This document shows, in pieces, positions 1 through 7,254 of a DNA stretch of 10,632 nucleotides (positions are counted from its first letter, which is position 1; each line of letters begins with the position of its first letter). The position numbers and the translations under genes are program-made. The DNA lies in contig JBHLOI010000088.1 of NCBI GenBank assembly GCA_048940645.1, positions 1 through 10,632 on the forward strand, written 5' to 3'. The DNA comes from Promethearchaeota archaeon (lineage in GTDB: Archaea; Asgardarchaeota; Lokiarchaeia; Sigyniarchaeales; SOKP01). The notes beneath the pieces were generated by a model. That model made no database searches, was not told the origin of the DNA, and was given only the letters and a program-made list of their open reading frames with translations.

Positions 1-87
1 AATTAGAAGTATGGTATTTATAAAATTCCAAAATATAATATAAGATAATAAAAAATCATTTTTTCTTAAGATTTGATTAACAACCCA

Positions 88-1500
88 ATGGATTCTCAAG
101 AAGTTAGGAATCGTAGAAAATTTGGAATGCATTTAACATCCAAGGACATATTTTATAAGTACATCTATCCAGAGATAGATCAGGTTATAAATAACTATAT
201 TTGGGTTGATCTTTATGCTGGTGAGGGAAACTTAGTTTTACCGATTTTAGATTTTATATCTCCAAATGAGAGATATGATTTTTTCTTAAACCACATTTAT
301 TTATTTGATATACAAAAAGAAATGGTAAATAAATGTATTAAAAATGCTGAATCTTATGGAATATCCGATGTAATTGCAAAACAAAATATTCTGATTAGGG
401 ACAATCTTGAAAATTTTCCAGAATTTCTAAAACAAAAGAAATTTCCGGTTTACCATATAACTAATCCACCATATCTTTATTTGGGGTACATTAAAAAACA
501 TCCTGAAACTCAAAAACTACTTCATTATTTTAAAAAAAAAAATATTGGTTATCAAGATTTATATCAAATTGCAATGATAAATGATTTACGAAGTGGAATT
601 GAAAATCTAGTATACATCCTTCCCTCAAATTTTTTATATGGGGCTTCAGTATCCAACAAATTCAGATTAGATTTCTTGAGGTACTATAAAATTCTTAAGA
701 TGGTTATTTTTGAGACAAAGATATTTGAATTCACTGGTACAAATATATGTATTTGTTTCTTTGAAAAAAAGAAAAGACCCAAAATAGAGGATTTAAAGTT
801 TTCAGGGATGAAATTAAAAAAACAAAATAAAATAGTCCATAAAGATTATCTTTTAAAGTTTGATTATAAATTTAGAGCAGGATATGAATTTGATGAATTT
901 TTAAAGAAATACCGTAAAAAGTATCCCTTGAAAGTGAAATACTATTTACTTAAGGATAAGGTGTTAGAGAATTTAGGGAATAACGAAATTGACGTAATTG
1001 ATGCTAATCAATATAACAGTAATAAGTATAAAAAGCTAAAGCTTAAAGTTAACGAAAAATTGAAACAAAAATTAGAGTCAAACATATTATATATAAGGAC
1101 TGTTGATACAGGTTCATATCATGGAAGAGTTGGGTTAGGTATCATTAAAGCTGATTTTAATGTTAATGGAATTCTGGTATCTGGAAATACATACCGAACC
1201 CATCCAATTCAAATATTTTTAGAACCACAACTTTCATTAGAAGATCAGATTTTACTTAAGGATTATTTTAATTATATTTTAGAATTATTTAGAGAGCATC
1301 TGGATAGTGAATTTCTTACTACTTATAAGTATTCAAACGCAGATTATACAAGAAAGTATTTAGGTTTGACTCAAACGAGGAAATTAATTGAAACCTTCCC
1401 ATATAAGAATTTAACGACTAATAAAAAAGAAAGCTTGAAAAAATTCATAAAAAACAACAAGTTTAATGAAATTCTACAAATATTAACTCATTTTAGGTAA
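88..1500 (+). CDS. SAM-dependent amino (probably N6-adenine) DNA methyltransferase, gamma-type motif order, with C-terminal putative target-recognition region
   Basis: Motif X-like RRKFGMHLT, motif I WVDLYAGEG, acidic FDIQ after strand 2, catalytic motif IV ITNPPY, then YQDLY, YILPSNF and motif VIII-like IFEFTGT. ATG at 88; an in-frame TTG at 73 is an alternative start. Confidence 0.85.
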   Translation: MDSQEVRNRRKFGMHLTSKDIFYKYIYPEIDQVINNYIWVDLYAGEGNLVLPILDFISPNERYDFFLNHIYLFDIQKEMVNKCIKNAESYGISDVIAKQNILIRDNLENFPEFLKQKKFPVYHITNPPYLYLGYIKKHPETQKLLHYFKKKNIGYQDLYQIAMINDLRSGIENLVYILPSNFLYGASVSNKFRLDFLRYYKILKMVIFETKIFEFTGTNICICFFEKKKRPKIEDLKFSGMKLKKQNKIVHKDYLLKFDYKFRAGYEFDEFLKKYRKKYPLKVKYYLLKDKVLENLGNNEIDVIDANQYNSNKYKKLKLKVNEKLKQKLESNILYIRTVDTGSYHGRVGLGIIKADFNVNGILVSGNTYRTHPIQIFLEPQLSLEDQILLKDYFNYILELFREHLDSEFLTTYKYSNADYTRKYLGLTQTRKLIETFPYKNLTTNKKESLKKFIKNNKFNEILQILTHFR

Positions 1501-2374
1501 TCTTTATACTTGCAAGCAAGAAAGCTATTAACCCTAAAAATGCACCAATTTTTAGAAGTAGACTAATTTTTTTGAAGTTTTCTTTAATTAATTTAGAAGA
1601 AATCATTAATATTATCGCATATCCCACATCGACTAATCCAAAGAACATAGAAATCAAAAATAAAAAGGGATTTATAATTGGAGTAAAATATGGCAGAATA
1701 AAAAACAATATTGCAGCAAGCGAAAAAATTAGAGCAATTATTGTAGATTTTTTGATACCAATTCTAATTGCCAAGGTTTTAACGTTTTGTTCTTTATCTC
1801 CTTCAATATCTTCACACCCCTTTATAACTTCTCGTGAAAGCAGTAAAAAAAATGAAGTTAAAAAGAAGAAATAGATATAAGGAGGAATATTTGAATTGTT
1901 TAATATAGCTCCATAAATTAAACCTATAGAGAAAGAAATACTAACTATAATATTTCCAAGAAAGCCACTTTTCTTTCCCCATTTTGCATAGACCCATCCA
2001 ATAAATCCAAAGAATACAGCAAGGATGATATTTAGAAATCCTATATTAAAGAAAAAACTATGAAAGATAGATAGTCCTACTCCTATTCCATAAGTTGTTA
2101 AAAAAATTATTTTTGCTTGCTTTATAGTAATTCTCCCGCTTGGAATTGGTCTTTCGGGACGATTAATTTTGTCTATTTCAAGATCATATATGTCATTAAT
2201 AACCATCCCTGAACCAGCAACAAAAAAGTAAGTTATTACTCCAAGAATTATATTCATTATAACAAGATAAGCTGATATATTAGTTCTTGTATTTAATATG
2301 CCAATAATAACTGTTAGGCTACCCATAATATCATTTATCGGGCGGAGTATTTCAATTATATCCTTGATTTTCAT
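1493..2374 (-). CDS. Digeranylgeranylglyceryl phosphate synthase (DGGGP synthase), UbiA prenyltransferase family
   Basis: Multi-TM protein with N-terminal LRP.N, first Asp-rich motif INDIYDLEIDKINRPERPIPSG, YAKWGKKSGFLGN and second motif REVIKGCEDIEGD...VKTLA. Lies directly downstream of GGGP synthase. Confidence 0.92.
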   Translation of the reverse strand: MKIKDIIEILRPINDIMGSLTVIIGILNTRTNISAYLVIMNIILGVITYFFVAGSGMVINDIYDLEIDKINRPERPIPSGRITIKQAKIIFLTTYGIGVGLSIFHSFFFNIGFLNIILAVFFGFIGWVYAKWGKKSGFLGNIIVSISFSIGLIYGAILNNSNIPPYIYFFFLTSFFLLLSREVIKGCEDIEGDKEQNVKTLAIRIGIKKSTIIALIFSLAAILFFILPYFTPIINPFLFLISMFFGLVDVGYAIILMISSKLIKENFKKISLLLKIGAFLGLIAFLLASIKIT

Positions 2375-2397
2375 TCCAAGTATAACCTTCTTAAACT

Positions 2398-3216
2398 TTA
2401 TTTTAATGGGTAGCTCTTTTTACAGTTTTTACCTGTATCTTTTATCGCATCGATTATAGGTTTTAAGGAGGAGCCATTATCTTTTAAAATATGGTTTTCT
2501 AAATATGTACCCATTACTATGATGCCCGCTCCTGCTTCAACAAAATCTCTAGCAACATCTTTATTAGTAACTCCACCTCCCACTATGATAGGAATATTTA
2601 ACATATTAGAACAGAGGCGAATAGTTTCTGAAGGTATTCTTTCACTTCCAGAACCAGCTTCTAAATATAGTAATTTAAAGCCAATCATTTCTGCTGCTAA
2701 GGCGTAAGCTGCTGTTAATTTTGGTTTACTTCTGGGAAGTAATTTAGCTCTGCCAATCCATCCAGCAGTTCCTCCAGGTTCAATTATTAAATAAGCAGTT
2801 GAGATAGGTTCAATATCTAATACCCTAATTGTATAGGAAGCGAGTGCTTGACTTCCAATAATATTATTTGGATCTTCAGAATTTAAAAGAGACATAAACA
2901 AAATAGCATCTGCCTCTTTAGAGATATTACTTATTCCACCAGGAAATATAATTATTGGTAGGTCGATCTTTTCTCTTATTGCAATAATTGTATCATCAAC
3001 AAACCGCTGATCGAAAACAGTACTTCCTCCAATGAGAATTGCATCAGTACCTGCTTCGTGAGCATATTCTGCCATTTTAGCTGCCTTTTTCGGATGTTGT
3101 TTAACTGGATCGGGATCAATTAAAGAAAAGTGTAAAGCACCTTCTTTATTGATTTTATTAATAAGGTATTCATAGGTGCTCATCTCTAAAGATTTACTTG
3201 TCAAAATATCAGCCAT
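2398..3216 (-). CDS. Geranylgeranylglyceryl phosphate synthase (GGGP synthase), group II
   Basis: Motifs HFSLIDPD, GTDAILIGGS, IIFPG, ADAILFMSLLNS, YLIIEPGG, YLEAGSG and IVGGG. ATG at 3216 is preceded by AAGTGAA; alternative starts are GTG 3225 and ATG 3183. Confidence 0.95.
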   Translation of the reverse strand: MADILTSKSLEMSTYEYLINKINKEGALHFSLIDPDPVKQHPKKAAKMAEYAHEAGTDAILIGGSTVFDQRFVDDTIIAIREKIDLPIIIFPGGISNISKEADAILFMSLLNSEDPNNIIGSQALASYTIRVLDIEPISTAYLIIEPGGTAGWIGRAKLLPRSKPKLTAAYALAAEMIGFKLLYLEAGSGSERIPSETIRLCSNMLNIPIIVGGGVTNKDVARDFVEAGAGIIVMGTYLENHILKDNGSSLKPIIDAIKDTGKNCKKSYPLK

Positions 3217-3235
3217 ATAATTCACTTTTTATTAA

Positions 3236-4630
3236 TTAATTTACTTTTTTAGTATTTATTAACATTTTTCTAATTTTATCATAAACTTGTGTTACTTTAT
3301 TTTTCCATTCTTCAAATTCATGAATATTTTTAGGAAAGTTCCTATATAACTTTGAAATTTCTTTCATTCTAATTCTTAAATAATTTAAATCTAACAATAA
3401 ATTGGGTTGAGCAATTCCTTTGATTGCTTTATTTACCATATTTAAAAGCGATAAGTCCAAACCTCCAGTTGATGAGATTTCTAAGATTTCTTCTCCACTT
3501 AATAAATCTTTTTCTAAGCCAAAATTTAATTCAGAATTAGTCATAACTTGTAAAGTCATTCTAAGTAAATCTAATGCCGCAAATTCTGCTCCAAAGCTAG
3601 TCATAACCTTATGATTGTAATCCCATAGAGAATTAATAGTGAAATCTCCATTTTCAATGGTGTTTATAGCAGTTTCTGCCGCAAAGAAGCCAGCCCTCAT
3701 TGAAGGATCTATACCCCCACCATGCAATGGATTAACTTGGCAAGCAGCATCTCCTATAAGCATTATTCCATTAGCTGTGCAGGACCAAAGCGGCCTTCTT
3801 ACAGGCACTAGACCTCCCCCAGAAGAGATTATCTCATAATTAGATGTTAATATGAATTGATTAAAAACATTTTTCTTATAATAATCTTTTATTTCACTTT
3901 TGTATTCAGTAAAGGTGCCTAAACCTATATTTACAGAAGATTCATTTTTAGGAAAATACCAGATATACCCACCAGGAGCTTTTTCTTGATCTAAGATGAT
4001 TGAAATATACTCTGGATCTTGAACTTGAAGATTTTGCGGGGAAAATTTAACTATTTCTCTGAAACATAAAATTGTATCATCACGAGAAATTGTTTTTTCG
4101 ATTAATTCGCTACTTATTTTTTTCCTTAAAGGTGAATAAAAACCAGATGCATCGATTAGGATTTTAGATTTTAACTCTGCCTTTTCTCCATTTTTTAATT
4201 TAACTTTTACACCAGATACAGTATCTTGTTTATACAATAAGCCTAAAGCCATTGTTTTATCTAGAAATTGCTTTATTCCCGCATCTAATGCTTCATTTAG
4301 GAGTCTTTGTCCAAATTCTAGTCTATTCACAATATAACCTGCTTGTTTTGGATCAAATAGATCAATACATTTTTTTAAATTAGGTGAATATAATTTAGCC
4401 CCCTTGATATGACAAGAAAGCTCTTCTCCTTTTGGGGCATTTATTTTAAGGAATTCAAATACTTCAGTCCCTACAGCATCCCCGCATATCTTATCACCAA
4501 TTTTATCTTTTTCTTTAGTATCAAGGAGACAAACCTCTAATCCTTTTTTAGCAGCAAATCTAGCTGCTGTAGCACCTCCAGTTCCAGATCCAACAACGAT
4601 TATATCAAAAGACTTTTTAATTGGTTCCAT
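3236..4630 (-). CDS. Geranylgeranyl reductase / digeranylgeranylglycerophospholipid reductase (FAD-dependent)
   Basis: Dinucleotide-binding DIIVVGSGTGG, DKICGDAV (active-site Cys region), IDASG, GGYIWYFPK (YxWxFP), IGDAA and VNPLHGGGI. Adjacent to GGGPS and DGGGPS. ATG at 4630; TTG 4639 is an alternative start. Confidence 0.9.
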   Translation of the reverse strand: MEPIKKSFDIIVVGSGTGGATAARFAAKKGLEVCLLDTKEKDKIGDKICGDAVGTEVFEFLKINAPKGEELSCHIKGAKLYSPNLKKCIDLFDPKQAGYIVNRLEFGQRLLNEALDAGIKQFLDKTMALGLLYKQDTVSGVKVKLKNGEKAELKSKILIDASGFYSPLRKKISSELIEKTISRDDTILCFREIVKFSPQNLQVQDPEYISIILDQEKAPGGYIWYFPKNESSVNIGLGTFTEYKSEIKDYYKKNVFNQFILTSNYEIISSGGGLVPVRRPLWSCTANGIMLIGDAACQVNPLHGGGIDPSMRAGFFAAETAINTIENGDFTINSLWDYNHKVMTSFGAEFAALDLLRMTLQVMTNSELNFGLEKDLLSGEEILEISSTGGLDLSLLNMVNKAIKGIAQPNLLLDLNYLRIRMKEISKLYRNFPKNIHEFEEWKNKVTQVYDKIRKMLINTKKVN

Positions 4631-4683
4631 TATATGCAATTATTTGTTATTTGGGTTATATGAAATAAAAAGAATAATTTGAA

Positions 4684-5424
4684 TTATATTAAAGTTAATA
4701 GAAATATGATTAATGTTGTTAAAATTGGCACCGTCAAATCATCCCAGGTACTTGGAGATAAAAGTTCAATTATAGTCGCTAATGCACTAGTAATTAATGA
4801 TAATATTAAAGCATATTCGATGGAAAGATGTACTTGAGTTATTGGATTTGTAACCCCTAGTACAGTAAAAGCAATAAAGCATATGATAAAACCACTTACA
4901 AAAAAGGTTAAAGAGCCTTCTAAAGTTCTGGTAGAATTTATCCATGGTATTGTTATTTTTATCTTTCCAAATCTTTTTCCTATTAGAGAAGCAAGGGTAT
5001 CAGAAATTATCATTAACATTATCCCTGCTATTGGAAAATAAAGTTGATTAGGGAAAAAAATAACGAAAATTGTTATTAAACCTAAAATAGATAGACAATA
5101 ATGAAATGGTCCTTGGAGATAACCAACTTTTTCTTCTTCTTCTTCTCCAATTGAATCATATAATTCTTTTAATTGTTTAATTTTAGATTTTTTTGAGCTA
5201 AATAGTACCAAAACAGTAAGAGTACCCGCAATTATAACTGGCCACCATTTCCAAATAAAGTAAGGACTTGAAAACACAGATAATCCAGCAAATAAGTGTA
5301 CTGCCTTTCTAGCCTGAAATTTTGAAATCTTTTCTCTTTTTTTTAACTGAATAGGTATAAGAATAGTAGCAAATATGTAGAGATAAGTAATTAATACAAT
5401 TAGTAAATCGAATAAAATATCCAT
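4684..5424 (-). CDS. SEC59/DGK1/VTE5-family CTP-dependent membrane lipid kinase (phytol/dolichol/diacylglycerol kinase-like); substrate unknown
   Basis: Multi-TM protein with family motifs ARKAVH, GP.HY, SDTLASLIGKRFG, RTLEGS and C-terminal IIE...DDLTVP. ATG at 5424; TTG 5433 is an alternative start. Confidence 0.85.
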   Translation of the reverse strand: MDILFDLLIVLITYLYIFATILIPIQLKKREKISKFQARKAVHLFAGLSVFSSPYFIWKWWPVIIAGTLTVLVLFSSKKSKIKQLKELYDSIGEEEEEKVGYLQGPFHYCLSILGLITIFVIFFPNQLYFPIAGIMLMIISDTLASLIGKRFGKIKITIPWINSTRTLEGSLTFFVSGFIICFIAFTVLGVTNPITQVHLSIEYALILSLITSALATIIELLSPSTWDDLTVPILTTLIIFLLTLI

Positions 5425-5471
5425 TGAAATCAAGGAGATTTTTAATTATTATTTTAATTATGCCAGAAAAA

Positions 5472-5494
5472 ATTTTATTTTTTAAAAATAAAAT
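5472..5494. repeat. Perfect 11-bp inverted repeat ATTTTATTTTT-T-AAAAATAAAAT upstream of the lipid cluster; possible operator or TATA region
   Basis: Read directly from the sequence; lies 48-70 bp upstream of ATG 5424. Entirely A/T, so its function is uncertain. Confidence 0.35.
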
Positions 5495-5681
5495 CCCACT
5501 AACTATAATATTAAGTGTTACAATTATGATGAGAATAAAAACCTAACCAATGAAGGGAGAAATCAATACACTTCCTATTAAATTTTACCAATTTAACCGA
5601 TAAATATGTTTTTTTGATACTCAATAAATATTATTTTCTTTGAAATATTTTGAAAAAATATAACATTTCGAGGAATTATTA

Positions 5682-5954
5682 ATGGAAGAAGAGATCTCGG
5701 AGGAAGAATTGAAAATATTGCCTTTTATCAATTCTAATCTTGATTTAGAAGAGAGAGTATATTATTTATTACAAAGATTAACCAAAGAAGAGAAATTTAA
5801 ACTCTGTTCAGAAATTCATGGATTTGAAACAAATAAAATTAAAAGATTAAGGATTAAACATTTTAAAATGACTGATAGGGCTCATGGTATCTCGTATGAT
5901 AGTTCGGGTACTGAATTAGGAATAAATTTTCCAACAGCAAATTGTAGAGATTAA
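5682..5954 (+). pseudogene. Truncated N-terminal fragment of a glycoside hydrolase family 3 beta-glucosidase/xylosidase
   Basis: LEERVYYLLQRLTKEEK...IKRLRI...MTDRAHG...NFPTA follows the GH3 N-terminal pattern (LLxxMTLEEK, IxRLGI, DGPHG, FP) with degenerate residues. It stops after 90 aa, whereas full GH3 enzymes are several hundred residues. GAGGA SD-like site at 5670-5674. Confidence 0.75.
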
Positions 5955-5975
5955 AAGAAAAAGTCAAACAGAATT

Positions 5976-7184
5976 ATGAGACCGTTTTCATTATTGATTA
6001 AACCTGCTTCTGCTGACTGTAATTTAAGATGTGATTATTGCTTTTATATTGATCATCTAAATGATGTTAAGCCAAAACCACGTATGCCAGAAGAAGTACT
6101 TGAGCAGTTAGTTACTACTTATATGGAAACCAATCAAAATGGCCATTACATTTTTGGTTGGCAAGGTGGAGAACCGACAATTATGGGTTTGACTTTTTTT
6201 AAAAAGGTTATTGGGCTTCAAATTAAATATGCTCCTCGAGGAGCCATCATAAGTAATGGGCTTCAAACTAACGGAACTCTTATTACTAATGAATATGCAA
6301 AATTTTTCGGTGAATATAAATTTCTTCTCGGAGTTAGCCTAGATGGTCCAGCGGATTTGCATGATTATTATAGAAAAACAATAGGCCAAAAAGCTACTCA
6401 TACATTAGTTATGCGTGGAATTGATCGTTTAAGGAAATATAATGTTGAATTCAATATTTTAACTTTAGTTAATAATTTAACAGTAACTAAAGGAAGAGAA
6501 ATATATCATTATTTAAGAGATCATGGTTTTCTCTTTCATCAATATATCCCTTGTGTTGAGTTTGATGATGATAATAAACTTTTACCATATTCCATAACTG
6601 GAGAGGATTGGGGTAGGTTTCTTTGTGAAATATTTGATGAATGGATTAAAGAGGATATCAATAATATTTCCATTCGTTTGTTTGATTCTATCCTAGGCTA
6701 CTTGATTCATAAAAGATATAATGTGTGTCATATGGGAGAAAATTGCTGCCAATATTTTGTAATCGAATATGATGGTAGCGTATATCCTTGTGATTTTTTT
6801 GTAAGAAATAATTTACTACTTGGAAATATTCTAAATAATACTTGGGAAGATTTATTAAACTCCAATAAATATCTTCAATTTGGGAACCAAAAAGCCAATT
6901 GGAATAAAGTGTGTAATTCTTGTCCATATCTATATTTATGTCATGGAGATTGTCAGAAATTCCGACCTGAGGTCATCCAAAACAAAAATGCGTTAAGTAT
7001 ACTATGTAAAGGCTGGAAAAAGTTTTATACCCATTCATTACCATATTTTAAGTCAATAGCAAAAGAAATAATGGAATCTAAGTCCTTAGGCACTCCATTA
7101 TCAGGTCAAACAAAAAAAATTGGGAGAAATGAACTCTGTCCATGTGGAAGTGGCAAAAAATATAAGAATTGCTGTATGCATTGA
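5976..7184 (+). CDS. Anaerobic sulfatase maturase-like radical SAM/SPASM enzyme with C-terminal SEC-C metal-binding motif
   Basis: IKPASADCNLRCDYCFY (CX3CX2C), WQGGEP, LQTNGTL and GVSLDG; SPASM cysteines CHMGENC...YPCDF...CNSC...CHGDC...LC; terminal GRNELCPCGSGKKYKNCC. Confidence 0.9.
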   Translation: MRPFSLLIKPASADCNLRCDYCFYIDHLNDVKPKPRMPEEVLEQLVTTYMETNQNGHYIFGWQGGEPTIMGLTFFKKVIGLQIKYAPRGAIISNGLQTNGTLITNEYAKFFGEYKFLLGVSLDGPADLHDYYRKTIGQKATHTLVMRGIDRLRKYNVEFNILTLVNNLTVTKGREIYHYLRDHGFLFHQYIPCVEFDDDNKLLPYSITGEDWGRFLCEIFDEWIKEDINNISIRLFDSILGYLIHKRYNVCHMGENCCQYFVIEYDGSVYPCDFFVRNNLLLGNILNNTWEDLLNSNKYLQFGNQKANWNKVCNSCPYLYLCHGDCQKFRPEVIQNKNALSILCKGWKKFYTHSLPYFKSIAKEIMESKSLGTPLSGQTKKIGRNELCPCGSGKKYKNCCMH

Positions 7185-7196
7185 GATTTATATAAA
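7184..7196 (+). promoter_or_regulatory. Archaeal TATA-box-like element (AGATTTATATAAA) upstream of oxidoreductase A
   Basis: TTTATATA matches the archaeal TATA consensus and ends 58 nt before ATG 7255. An identical 13-mer precedes the paralog. Confidence 0.45.
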
Positions 7197-7254
7197 ACTT
7201 TATAATTTTAAGAGAATTTGATAAAGTATCAATATTAATTCTTCTTAAAGGATT

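Noticed and set aside
1795-1835. Gly instead of Asp in the second DGGGPS acidic motif (KGCEDIEGD)
   Set aside because: As I recall, KG-x-ED variants occur in functional crenarchaeal DGGGP synthases, so this is not evidence of inactivation.
1572-1874. 100-aa plus-strand ORF
   Set aside because: Antisense shadow inside DGGGP synthase with no recognisable motifs.
2519-3839. Short plus-strand ORFs 2519-2707, 3420-3614 and 3639-3839
   Set aside because: Antisense to the well-supported GGGPS and GGR genes; typical shadow ORFs.
5130-5146. (TTC)n trinucleotide run
   Set aside because: Simply encodes EEEEE in a kinase loop and is too short to be a meaningful repeat.
6688-6927. 79-aa minus-strand ORF
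   Set aside because: Antisense within the maturase SPASM region, with no supporting features.
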